From Macrostomum lignano (taxonomy: Eukaryota): a DNA stretch of 64,000 nt. Shown here piece by piece: positions 10,595 through 23,579 of the stretch (position 1 is the stretch's first letter; every line of letters begins with the position of its first letter). Position numbers and translations under genes: made by a program. Below the pieces are notes generated by a model that made no database searches, was not told where the DNA came from, and saw nothing but the letters and a program-made list of their open reading frames with translations. The stretch covers positions 1 through 64,000 of the forward strand of contig NIVC01001148.1 in NCBI GenBank assembly GCA_002269645.1. Direction: 5' to 3'.

Positions 10595-12188
10595 TTTAAA
10601 GGCCAGAAAGTGCTGGAAAATTCAGAATATTACCAAGCATTTAGTAATGTAAAGGATGTTTTAACTATACTTTCTTTTCTTTCTTGAATAAGGAAACAAA
10701 TTCTCAACTAAGAGACCACTATGATGCGTACCCAAAAATAATGCAAATTCAAGACTAGAATAGCACTGTGGAAACTTGAGTTTCGGTTTTTGAATACAGC
10801 TTCAAGGTTTCGAAGTTAAAACAATTCTCGACCAGGTATAATAGACAAATTCTATTATAAGCAATACAACCTAATGTGCTAGATGCAAAAAGTTAAGTAG
10901 TTTATCGAAAAGTGTGCTCAAAATCCTGTTTTTCTACCTGTAGCGAAACATGCAGGATGGGAATTTCTCAAGATTAGAGGTAGAAGGGTTTGCGCACTCT
11001 GGCGCTCTTAGAAGCGCTGGGCCGGATGAATAAAGTGAGCAAAAACTCAGGAGTAAGAGCTCGGGCTCAGCGCATTGTCACACATTGAGGCATTACTGCT
11101 TTTTCTGCCGACTCGCCCGAGCAGGCACACAAGCGCACGGATACGTAGTCATACGTACAGGCACACACACACAGGAGTGCACAGCGAGCAACTTTATTAT
11201 CTTTGGGGAGGTACTGTAGCAGTCACTGTACCTTGGGATTGGCCTTCAAGGGCGTTAATTGCACGAGCAGAGCCAATCAAGATTCCAATTTAGCCCCAAA
11301 TTAATGTGACCACTGTAAATCGAGCCTGGGCCGCTGGTAGATAAAAGCGCCGAGCTAGACAACTAAGCTACGCCCCCCCGCGGGATGGGAAATGCAATTA
11401 ATGTAATATAAATAGCCAGTACTTACACTGTGCTTGTGAAAAAATCTGCCAAATTAACCTCTAAAATGAGTGGGACAGTGAATGACAGTTACGAGTTATG
11501 AGCTATACGCTTGTATTGGGCGGCGAAGTAAGCTATTGGCCGAAATGAGCTTGCAGGCAAAGCGGCTACAATGACCGGCCAGGCTCCAACAAACGGAATA
11601 TTTCTACGCCCGGCCGTTTTTCGCTACCTTTATTTTGAAAATTAAGGCGCACACATTGCTAACTTTTTATAGACGTGCATACAAGTTTTTGATACGTTTG
11701 CGCCAAAACCAATTCTATGCAATACAGACAAAGGCAAATAAGTAGCTGCATAAAGCAACATCTGTCGAAGAAAAGTAATGCATTAGGTTTATTTTAACTA
11801 CAACAGAAAATGGAACAAAATTTTTAAAAATAAGGTGAGAAAGGATCGACAGGAACATTTTGTCATTTTGCTCATTTTTGGAGCACCTTCGAAGCAATAA
11901 TGACAGGTACAGGAGAAACGGGTGCAGTCAAACAAGCTTGGGAGACAGCAAAGCGGTTCACTAACAAGACTTCATGGGCTGAGTTGCCATAGACGATATC
12001 CACCCATATGCTACCGGGTCGTAGTACGGTATATATTGACAGCAATAACGTGCATTAACGCAACATCGAATAACGTTTTCTCTTAGCCTTCCTGTGGTAC
12101 AATAAATGAGACGAGGCCATCCCAAGATGCACTCGAGATGCCAAGTTATTTTGAAATCAGTAAGACTAGATTGAAAAACTGGCTTTTG

Positions 12189-15100
12189 CTATTGCCACAG
12201 CGCAGTGTTTCGTTTGAATGTTACAAGCCTTTGGTCTGCACAAAAGAATAAGACACCAAGCAAGATGTGACATTCGCGTGATTCAAGAGTGGCATTAGAG
12301 ATTGGTAGGAAACCAGACTATATGACTACACATTCCTGTCTTCAAAAAACTGGGATACTTTCAAAGTTTAAAATCATCTAAGATAGCAGGAGCTAAAGTT
12401 TTAATTGACAATTTAGTTTAATATCAAACTCGGAATATCAATTTTTTCCAACATCAGCTTCCAATGTGGAGACCTTCTCCGCAATACTTGCAGAACCTGA
12501 GGTGATGTCACAGGCATTGTTCAGCGACTGGCATTTAGCTGCTGACTGCTCGACCAATTCAGAAAGCTCTGTCAGACTGTAGTAAGGAAAGTGGGTCCTG
12601 CCCCAGCCAGCGGGCTTGCGGGCTATGGCAAGGCCACGGGTTGTAGAAGCGCCACTAATAATTGCCTCATCAATGAGCTTCACCCGTCTCTCGTATGAAC
12701 GGCAGAGGCGAGGCGCCCAATCGCTGGTAAGGGCGCACCGATACCCAGATCCGGCGGAGCTGGCATCGGACTCTTTCGGGTATCCAAATGGCATGCTGTG
12801 AAATTAAGAAAATACAGCCAACATTAGGAAAAATTATGTAAACAGAAATCTTTTCGTCAGGAACTATACAGCTTTAATTTACGAATTGGTGCTTTGGCTG
12901 CTGCAAGCATCTTTGGCTTGCTGCAAAAACTATACCAGATACCAATGGTGAAAAGTGCAAGCACTCGCCACAGGATGCAGTAATAACACGAAGTACAATA
13001 TAAAAAGCTGCGGACCGCTTTTATCGTCTAGCAAATACTTATATATTTACAAAAAAGATTTTGCGAGCAAAGATTCTCTTGTTTATGTAAAAAATATCGC
13101 ACTAATGCCTATTCATTGTTTATTATCGCAAGCTTCAACAATAGAAAATAGTTGGAACCCCTGCTTTTAATTAATCGATGGCGACTAAATTTCAGCGTTT
13201 CAGCATTTATATTGATGAAAGCCTTTTCTCTCTTACCAGCAATTTATTGCTGCAAATCTAGCCTAATCAATAGTGTGAGCACCCTGTTAATAAAAAAGGA
13301 CAGGAAAATTTTATTCGTAGTTTTTTATTACAAAAGAATGCTATTATCTGTTATGCCGAATCATAGTAACTGAGATGTAAATTTATCAGTTATACTAGCG
13401 TACTAGCATTACAAATTTTGATACAGTATCAAGAAGGCTTATTGTGAGCAAATAGAAAAAATATCCGTTTAAACATTGCTATATACTGACCTTGTGAAGA
13501 AAAAAGACTCGTTGCCAAGTGCAATAGGATTAGGAGAATAAACCGGATCGTCTGGAAATACAGTCGGCAACGGAGAGACATTAAAACGCGGTCCGATGAC
13601 GTCAGCAGTGTCGGCACTCAGCAGGTAGACACCCCGGCCCCGTCGCCGACAGCGATGCACCGTGAGCTAGCACTAATATCTATATCAGTAGCACCAACTC
13701 CCAGTTGGTAGACAGGCGATGATGGCATAGACTGACCCAGTTGAAGGAACTGGAATTCGCCAAGCGAATTGCCAACTAACAGTCGGTCATGCATTGCCGG
13801 TAGGAAGCGGACAAAGTGTGGATCCAGTTGGACGCAGAACGGCTGAACTGGGCGCAAAACTCGCAGATCAAAGGCCTAAAGCAAAAAGTAATCAACTAGC
13901 CTTAAAAATGACAAGGATATGTGAACACTTGTATCGGCTCTTATTTTAGGACTACAGTGCACTTTACCTGCAGAAGGCGATCAGGTATAACATTTCCATC
14001 ATGCCGTACTGACCAGCCGCAAGTGACCAGCAGGCTATCCTGCACTGCTACATCAGCAAGCTGCCCGGTAACTGTGCTGAGGCTGTGCTCTTTTCGTCCC
14101 GTTCCTCTATCCAGTAGAGTAACTGTGCCCTTGGCACTCGCAGCGCAGATAAATCGACCATTGTGCCTTAGAAATTCGCAACCATCTGGTCCCATGTCGA
14201 CACACTTAACCAAGCGGCCAGTGCCAGTATCCAACTGCAACACACGATCCTGCCGGCCACCTAAGGTCAGCCGCCCGGCCTCTGGGTCGTGAATCATGGC
14301 TGCTAAATCAACGGTCATTCCAGGACATGAATATGACCAACGACGCTGTCCAAACTTTGAGTAACAGGCGACTCCTGATCTGCAGAATGTCAATATATAT
14401 AGAATATTCGATAGAATTCCCAAGCTCTCTGCCCTCTGAATTTTTCTAGTCAGGAATTTCATTCGTCATACTCTACCCTTAGCGTGTTTTCCACTGCTCC
14501 CACTCACTACACCGATACAAAGTACAAAAACTGCAATAGTAGCTTATGACTTCTTGTCTACCGTGAGTTATCCGTTAGTCCTAACAGTGACTTAATATAC
14601 GAGTAATTCTTATAACTGCAAGTCGTTTATCTTAGGGTTTTATGAGACGCAAAGAATGTACTATGCAACAAAAAATTGCCTGAGCTCGTTAAGCTTGAGC
14701 ACGAACGTATCAGTAGTCGCTAGTGTATAATAAGCAAAAACATATTCTAACTAATAATTAAAGATGCTTAGTGACCATACCATAGTGACAACTTAATGAC
14801 ATCTGGTTATATGAAAAACGGCACTTCAAGTTAAGTTTAATATTTTTGACATTACTTAAGATAGTTACCAACTATTTGGTAGCTGATTTGCTCCTTAAGT
14901 TTCTTAAATCAAGCACGTTTTAAACTAGACGTGCAAACTTACTAACTACATTATACCGCAATTTATCAGATGACATATACTTCAAAAGAGTTCTCACTTT
15001 GCCATTGTGAAGACGCCAGCCTCAGCAAGAGGACTAGCAGCACACACCTGTCGCAAATCTTTCTGGACGTGAAGCGACACATACTTGCTGAGCTGCGGTC

Positions 15101-15389
15101 CATAGTAACCTGTAAGATGGCCGCCGCAGTTAACACACCACAGCAAGTCCTCGTACTTGTCGAAATGAACGCCGGTTACTGCCTGATTAGTCCCATCCAT
15201 GACAACCCAGTTGTACATAAAGTACTCTCCGATTGCAGGCACATTACCTAGCTGGCCTGTCGACTGGGATGGCGAGTGCTGTCCAGAAAAGAACTGTGGC
15301 GCTGCATCCATTGGACCACTAACAGCTGAGATGCCAGCTCCAGTGGACGTACCAGGTGCAAAAAACTGTTGAGACTGTTGATGATACAT
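12189..15389 (-). CDS. PAN2: PAN2 deadenylase N-terminal half only (WD40 + linker); exons 15389-14998, 14379-13968, 13875-13491, 12795-about 12497, possible last exon 12235-12189
   Basis: Motifs recognisable as PAN2: VTGVHFDKYEDLLWCVNCGGHLTGYYGPQL, AFDLRVLRP...LDPHFVRFLP, DISASSRCIAVGD, PRFN, LTSDW, RTHFPY. Splice phases fit if one G is added in the G-run at 13632-13635. No UCH or DEDD exonuclease sequence was found downstream in the window. Confidence 0.85.
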
Positions 15390-16643
15390 TGACAAGCTGA
15401 AAGGTGCAGAGACAAGCTAAAGAACAGCAAATATCAATACACAGGAAGTATTGCTTAATGGATAGGAAGTATATTCCGAACTATAATCAAAAGTAGCTAC
15501 TCGTTGCATAAGTAAGAAGCTTCTTAGCAACTTTTTGCATATGCAATATGCAATATGTACTTCTATATCGATCATAGCATATGCACTGGGTTGTAAATAA
15601 AGCTGTATATTATAATTTGCAATTCGTATACAAATATAAAATGTCAATGCTTTTGCCTATCAATGTTTCTTATAGTAGGAAAGCAATTGATTTTGCTTTA
15701 GTTATGGTACATACATGCGCAACCTTGGGAATCACTTGGCCATTTCTATTGGCAACACACATAAGTTACTATTGGCTACAAGCAGTCACGTGACTACTAT
15801 TCCATCCAATAATGACTTACATGTGTTTATTGCCAATAGAAATGGCCAGTGAATTCCTAGGTTGCACCCAAGCATGTTGTGGTAGTTGCAAGCTTATTCT
15901 TATTAAATTTGCAAGTTTGCTTTGTTTCAATTCTGGAAGTATTTATTTTTATTCAGGCAAAACTATGAAAATATCTGCTTTCTTTCAGATCCTTTTGTAC
16001 TCTTTATTATTTACTCTCTTATGCAATTCAATCTAGCCTTTTCTTTTTCACCCTCTTCTTCACTTTGATTGGTCCTTACTTTGTCTCTCTTTAGCCTCTT
16101 ATTCTCACTCTACCCCTCCATTTCTTTGTGTAGCTAACCTAACCCCCTTTATGCATTTCTTAACCTGCCTAATCTTAAATTTTGGCCCCTACCCCTATGG
16201 TCTGGCAATTTATCTGGCTGCAATTCTGGTTTTCACCTAGGGTCTAAAATATTTCTGACATTTACAAATATATTATAATTCTAAAGGTGGTAAACATTTC
16301 CAAGATGTTCATTATTAGAAAAAAAATAAAAATAGATGTTCTATAAGGTATATTTAAATGTATATAATATAGTATATTAAAATATATCCAATGCAGTGCA
16401 AAAATGCTTTCCATTCATTCCAATTGAAATGTAATGCATAAATGATATATTTATAACACCAACTACAATGCATTGACTACATGTATGAATAGTCTATTCC
16501 TAGCAGACAAGCAATGAAAATTGATTGGCCCTAAAGTCTATATATATCAAATAGTCAATCTAGTAAATTGGGGATAAAATATTTTATGTTAGGGAACTCT
16601 GTTGTCATTTTTAATAGATGATCTACTATTATATATAACATAT

Positions 16644-17478
16644 ACAAGCTGTTGAAACCCGCAGATTTTGAACCCAGGGAATTCCATTCCATCCCCAGAA
16701 CTACTTTTGCATGTATTCTGAAATCTAAGGCCATACACAAACAAAAACTTATTAATAGTTCATAGGATAGAGGTAGACATAAAATGGAGCACATTTGTGT
16801 CAAATTAGGGTTTGAGGCAAGCATTGATATTGTTGGCTAGGATACTCCGAAGAATTGTCAGGCAATGTCTGTCTGACTCTAAAACATGTATTGGCAAACT
16901 CTGGCCTCTGCCACTGACTCTCCCTATGTACCTTGGATTGATTGCAACTTGTATCTCTTCTTCTGTTTCCTCTCTTCTCTCTTATCCCTTGTCTCTCTTT
17001 TCTCCTCTCCTCTCTCCCCCTTTTCTCTTGTCTTTTCCTTCTCCTATCTACTCTTTCCTCTCTCTCTTTCCTCTTATCTCTTTTCTTGTTTTATCTCTCC
17101 TCTCTCCCCTCGTCTCTCGTCTTTTCCCTTGCCTCTCTTCTCTCTCGTCTACTCTCCCATCTCTTGTCTGTTAACTCTTGTTTCTGCTCTCTCATCTCCT
17201 TTCTTTCATCTGTCATCTTTACTCTTATGTTCTCTCCAGTGTAGTCTTCTCTTTCCCCTCTTCTGACTCCTCTCTTTCCTTACTTCTCCTTCCTCTCCTC
17301 TACTCTCTCCCTCTATTATCTTCTCTCATCTTTGCACTCTGCTCTCTCTTCCTTCATCTTTCATCTCTACTCTTTCAGCTTTCCTTTCATCTCTCTCATC
17401 TCATCTCTTTCCTCTCTCCTCCTCTTCCCTTTACTCTATCATCTCTCCTTTCTCCTCTCTTCTTTCTCAACTCTCTCT

Positions 17479-17548
<70 letters not shown>

Positions 17549-19095
17549 TCTTATCTCCTCTTTTCTCACTCCTCTCTACCTCTCTCTCTCCCCTCCTATC
17601 TCCTATCTCCTCTCTATTCTCTTCTCACTCTTCTTTACTCTCCTCTCTCCTCGATCCTCTGTCTCATCTCTCCCCTCTTCTCTCTTCCTCTTCTCTCCTC
17701 TACTCTTTCCTCTCCCTCCTGTCTCCCCTCCTCTCGCTTCCTCCTCCCATATTCTCTGCTCTCTCCTCGTCCTCACCCCACTCGTCTCTCCTGTTATCTT
17801 ATATCTTTTCTCTTACCCCCCTGTCGCCCCTCCACTCTTTCTAAGTCTATTCCTTCTCCTTTTCACTCTCAGATGGCCCGCAGCCATGAGCTTGATTCTT
17901 TATCTGGCCTTTGACATAAAAAATCTGCCGATCCCTGCTTCGAAAGCCAGTTTGTGGGACATAGTACTATCATGGTTGTTATCATTTCTCCCGCTTTAAT
18001 CACGTCATCTTTCTGGCGAATTAGCAGCCCTGAGAAGAATTTGTGTATCTCTAGCTCCACCACCACAGTCTGCAGCAGTCTAACAACCAAGGAAATATGC
18101 ATTTCTTAGGAGCCATTTAAATTTTAAAGCACCTTATGCTAACTTAATATTGAACTTTTCATGGTGTGTGTAACTAATTTAGTAGGATTGCATTGTAATC
18201 AGTTATTCATTAATTTTTCAGTATTTTTACAAACTATCCCACATTGTCTTGACTCTTGATTTGCCATCCACTGTTTAACTGCCGCAGACTTGTGTCTATA
18301 TAGAGGACAGTGGTTTGAATCTCTTGCTAAACTGTCTCTCTTCTCTACACCTCTCCACTTGCGGGGGTACAGAGAAGGCTATTAAAAAGTTATTCTGAAA
18401 CACTGTACATTTGCTATGTACATTGAGCCCTATCGCCTGACCCTTTGTCTGGGCTGGGGGAATGAATGAGTGAGCGGCACAAACAACAGAAAAAGCAGAC
18501 AAACTTTACATGCTTATAGTTTCTGTCCTGATTAAGATACAGAGTTGAGACTTTACATTTAGACAGAGAATGAGTCAATAAAGAATTGTGTCAAATTTAA
18601 AGCCAATCGCCTCACGTGGAGCAAAGTTATGGCAGCCAAAAGTTAGTCATTTTAAAACCTATTTACACCTTTTGCCCAGATCGGAAGAGGCAGGCGGGCA
18701 GAGGTTGGGGTGGCTGCCTTGCTGAAAAAAAACAGCCTAAATTTAAAAGTGCACAGCACCATTCAGGATTAATTTTGATACTTGAAATTTTACATGATTG
18801 TGCCAAAATAGTTGAAAATTGTCTGTGTCAAATTTGAAGAGAATCGGTAGAAGTAGAGTGGCTCTATGGAGGATTTAGTGAAAAAATCACGCATTTTGAG
18901 CAGTTGTTTGCACTTTTAGGTAGGAAGACTCAAATTTAGGAAATTTTAAGATAGCCTAAAACATTCTCCATAGTGAGTTTAGGGCGGGTGCAAAATTTGG
19001 TGGCATTTGGTTGGGCAGTTTGGGAGTCCATAGCGAAGTAATTTGTCCACAAACAGATAGACAGATAGACAGACAGTTTTGATTTTTATATAGAT
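16644..19095 (+). mobile_element. CT-rich non-autonomous element, Helentron-derived HINE/DINE-1-like, copy 1
   Basis: Starts ACAAGCTGTTGAAACC, has an approximately 1-kb polypyrimidine core with (TC)n, and ends AAATTTGGT..TTTGGGAGTCCATAG..(AGAC/AGAT)n..TTTTATATAGAT. Colinear with 46663-49281. The family assignment rests on end architecture only. Confidence 0.7.
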
Positions 19096-21019
19096 ATATA
19101 TTTTGAAAATAAAAAAAACAATTGCACAAATAATTTGGACAAAAAAATGTTAGATTTTACATGTATTTCATATAAAGAAGGTATAAATTAAGCATTATCA
19201 AAAGCTATAGCTCCATTATAGTATAAAAGTTATAAAAAGTAGCAAGAAAAAATGCACAAATTCTATTATAGTATTCTTAGGCCTAGCTAGTGTTCTACTT
19301 GAGAATTGTGCTATAAGAAATTGCTTACAGTTTTGTCTAGAATATTCTCCATTATTTAGCTAGGGCCTAGTCTTAGACAGTTGAATATACAAATTAAAAC
19401 CAGATTCTTTCCAGTTGAAAAATGAAACATTTTTCATTTTTTGGAAGTTAGCAAAAAATTAGTCTGATTTATTCACTGGTTAATACCTAGTTTTTAGCTA
19501 GTAGAAATTCCAATAATAAACTAGATTATTCTAAGTGTAGCAAAACCTTTAATTCTAGATTTGATCTAGGAATTTTTGCAGATTTAATGCCAACTGCCTA
19601 GTCTAGATAAAAAGCAAATAAAATTTTAATGTCTGGCTTTTTTCTAGAAAGAACCCCCAAACTGGAAGATACCATATGAAAAATTGGGTGACATCTAGAA
19701 GAAAAGCCTTTATGCCCCCATGTTTCTAATATAAAATAAACTATATAAGGCCTAGGCCCTAGGCTATAGCCTTTTTTACTGACTTTATACTAACCCTTTC
19801 TGTTGCTAAAGTAGCCTAGCTTAATTTGTAGGCTAGATTTATTCATTTTTTAAAGAACTTTAAAAACATTATCATTAACATAGGACCTAAAGATATGAAA
19901 TATTAGAGACATATACTTTATCTTTTACAGGAACTTGTAATTTCATTCATAAAGGTTAAAATTGCTAAAGTCATTAGTATAAATATCTTTTTCTGCTTGT
20001 AAATATAGAATTAAACAAAACACTTGACATAAGTTTTATACCTTCTATAAATACAAAATAAAAATTTATAAATGAAAAATTATCATAGATAGGCCTAAGT
20101 TAATTATAATTTGTTTAAGGTAAAGGCAATATTTTTTAATTGCATAAACCTATATTTTTATATATTATTTAAGGAGAAACATCCTAGATATACAATAGTA
20201 ATATATTAGGCCTATTTACTATATATAATTAATAATAGATGGCAAGCAATTAATTTACATGTAGGTTTAATTGTAATTAATGTAATTTAATATAATTGAA
20301 AATATAATTACAACCAGGCCCTAGGCCTAAGATAGCTTAGAAGATAAAGTTTAGACTGACCAACCTATTTTATTAATAATAACAATTACCTAAAAATATC
20401 AATTGCCTATGGTATATAATTGAGACTAATTAGCAAGTGACATATCAAAAAATTGAGGTATGTCTGGGTATTTCATTGTTGACAATTGCTTTTTACCTTC
20501 TTTTTTACAATCTAATATACTAAAAATGAAAACTTTATCTTACTATCCACAAGCTGACTAGTCACTAAATGCCATATTTACTCATTAGGGCCTACCAAGT
20601 AGAAGCAAGCTTATATAAGCTTGTACTAGGAAATGCTAGATAGGTTTAGTATAGGATATCAAAATGTGTTAGACATTATATTATAACATATGATAAAATA
20701 TAGGCCTAAGTAAAGGCCCCCTATTGCTACAAACCCAAGAGCAAGTGCTAATCACATGTGGGCTTTTGAGGATAAAGCCTTGCCAACCAAAGTTCTTTTA
20801 GGGTTGTAGGCCTAATACTAGCAAATAAATAATAATAACTTTCTTCCAAAGACTGGCTAGGCCTAGGCCTATATTGCCAGTTATAAGCTTGCTTTTTTCC
20901 CTACTGCTGACTACGCAGCCTTTCCCTTCTACAACTACTATTGTCATTGTTTATAATAGTTGACAAAAACAAAAAGCAACTTCTAGCATTGGCAATGGCA
21001 ACTTCACAAGTTTGCTTTT

Positions 21020-21928
21020 TGATGTGTGGCTACGAGCAGCCACGGCAATCTTCTCGAATCGTTTGTTTAATTATTTCCTTATCGTTAGATGAAGGAATTT
21101 CTGGCCACCCGAGACATGGCAAGAATGCGTCCCACTTTATGAGCCGCGAAGAAACGGGAAAGTGGAGGTGTTCAAGAGAACACTGAAACATGCTGCTCAG
21201 ACGTTTGAAGCAGACAAGAAAAGCTTCGAGAATGGAATACAGCAAACGCTATTAAGCTACGCGCTACACCAAATGAAAAAGGGGACTCCCCAGCAAAACT
21301 TCTGCTCGGCAGGAACATCCGAACAAACTTTCAACCCCAACAATCTATGGACAAGCCGGGTACAATACCAGATTCCATGGCCAATCGAGGACACCACACG
21401 ACTTTCCGGAAGCATTTCAAAGTCGGCGACCTAGTATGCATACAATTGCCCCATGTACCAAAGGGCAAGTCGCCATTCACCTCCCCCTTCTGCATTGACA
21501 AAGTCGTTGGAAACTTCACCTACCGGCTAGACAACGGGAAGATTTGGACAGCCCGAAACCTGGTTCCGTTCAGGCACCTACCACCAGCAGCAGTGGAGGT
21601 ACAAGCGGACATGCCTAGTAGTATACAGCAGCAGCCTCAGCGCCGGTCGGAACGTCGGAACAAAGGCATCCCAGCCTAACAATGGATCTGTCAAATCTGA
21701 ACTGTAACGCGAGCTTTTTTGAGGGAAGGGGAAGATGATGTGTGGCTGCGAGCAGCCACGTATTAGTTTATGGGTAAACGCTTGGCTTACAGGCCCTCAA
21801 TTGATAAAATGCGTACGAGCAGCAAGATAGATAGGAACAAGCGCGTAACGATTGACGAGCTCTTGCTTTATTTCAACAAATATACGAGTAACGAACCAAC
21901 GATTTAAACACGACTCCCAAACACATCA
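21020..21928 (+). mobile_element. Internally deleted Gypsy-type LTR element: 25-bp 5' LTR stub, integrase remnant, PPT, intact 193-bp 3' LTR; 5-bp TSD CTTTT
   Basis: TGATGTGTGGCT(A/G)CGAGCAGCCACG at 21020 and 21736; LTR ends ACACATCA at 21928; CTTTT on both flanks. Integrase pieces VFKRTLK, FKVGDLV, SPFTSPF..TYRL, RRSER; PPT GAGGGAAGGGGAAGA. Confidence 0.85.
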
Positions 21929-22392
21929 CTTTTTTGGGAGATAGGCCTAATGAATGCACAAAAAAGCCTTCAACTAGGCCCTAGGCCCCTAGCCTGCTCC
22001 ACCTATTTTTATTATATAATATAAAAATATAGGCCCCTATTTAAATCATGCAGTATAAAAACTATTACATTGAAATATATTGTACTTAAAATTTATACTG
22101 AGATGGCGCCTATAAATATACAAATTATATTGAAACACCATCATCTGTTAAAGTTCAATTCATTTCGATTTCAGACAGAAGCGCAATGAGAAAGGGACTA
22201 CGTGACATTTTGGCAAAGTAATATATTGTAATGCCCTGGCAAATTAAACAACAACAACAACAGAGTACGCTGTCAGTTTGCAAAAGCAGCGTCAGATGGC
22301 GTGCTTCGAAGCTTGGGCGCGAACAAAGGCCGCACCGCCGGCAGAGTCCGGGCGCCGGCGTCAGCCAGCAGACAGTCAACGTGGGAGCACCC

Positions 22393-22670
22393 CAACTGCC
22401 AGCCGGAAAACTGCCAGCCGACAACTGCCAGCCAGAAAACTGCCAGCCGACAATTGCCAGCCGACAACTGCCAGCCGACAACTGCCAGTCGACAACTGCC
22501 AGCCGACAACTGCCAGCCGACAATTGCCAGCCGAGAAAACTGCCAGCCGACAACTGCCAGTCAACAATTGCCAGTCGACAATTGCCAGCCGAGAAAACTG
22601 CCAGCCGGAAAACTGCCAGCCGACAACTGCCAGCCGAGAAATCTGCCAGCCGACAACTGCCAGCCGACAA
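22393..22670. repeat. Minisatellite, about 20 units of 14-bp CAACTGCCAGCCGA with variants
   Basis: Directly visible tandem array; it produces the repetitive ORFs at 22155-22685. Confidence 0.9.
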
Positions 22671-22989
22671 GTTCTAGCTAATTGAATCTACTGTAGCCTA
22701 CTTATTAGCAAAGTAAAAAGCACGAAGCTGCTTGGCTAGCAAAAGGCTTGTGGGGTAGCCTTAAATGTCGCCCTTCCCTACCCTAATTTTTTCAGATTTC
22801 CATTAGAAGTATATATGTGAAGGAGATGGCATTCTGTAATGCCTATTGTAAATATTTCTGTATCGAAAGTTTATTTACTTTATTATTTAATTTGCGATTG
22901 CTATATGACGCAATCCTAGATAAGTCTATTACATTACTTTACTTAAATAAAGCTTTCAAAGAAATAGCAAAGGCTACCTAAAATACGAA

Positions 22990-23037
22990 ATTTGAATGCT
23001 TGCTTGAATTTGAATTTGAATTTGAATTTGAATGAAT
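22990..23037 (+). repeat. (TTTGAA)n microsatellite, possibly a LINE 3' tail
   Basis: TTGAATTTGAATTTGAATTTGAATTTGAATGAATTT; no coding remnant seen next to it. Confidence 0.45.
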
Positions 23038-23579
23038 TTAAACGCCGGACAAGGCCCTATGTTGACCATGTTTTTTTAAAAAGGATTAAAATTTTCCATG
23101 TGCCGGCGATAGCCCCATAGGGCCTTTTCATATTGCTTGTTCTGGTTCCAGAACCAGAACCAATTTGTGAAGTATAACTTTTTGTCTCCATAACTAGAGA
23201 GAGATACATGCTATAAAGTTTTTATTATTGAATGACAATCGCCAAGAAAAAAGTGAAAAATTGTGCAAAGTGAGGCTGTTAAGACAGTCAAACATTCAAC
23301 AGAATTAAATAGTTATACTGCTGTTTTTCTTGGAAGATCCGAACCGATTCTGATTCTGGAATCGGTAAAATGAAAAGCCTCATAGATCTTCGTATTGATA
23401 TTTAATTTCTAACAAAAGCAGCAAAATAAACTAACTTGTACAGCTCGGATTTGCATGAAAATTTACAGAAAAATTATTACACACAAAACAAACGCCTGTG
23501 TGAAATTTCAAGTCCATCAGACTACGCAGAGCGGAACGGCGAGACTTTTAAAGGTGCTCGTATTTATTTAATGCGACTG

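Noticed and set aside
16812-17999. Long Leu/Ser/Phe-rich ORFs (also 25855-27255, 46821-48167 and 52853-53144) that look like membrane proteins
   Set aside because: Stop-poor by-products of CT/GA low-complexity cores of the HINE-like repeats; no domain content.
22155-22685. Repetitive ORFs on both strands and a CRISPR-like look
   Set aside because: A pure tandem 14-bp minisatellite with no unique spacers and no cas genes; eukaryotic context.
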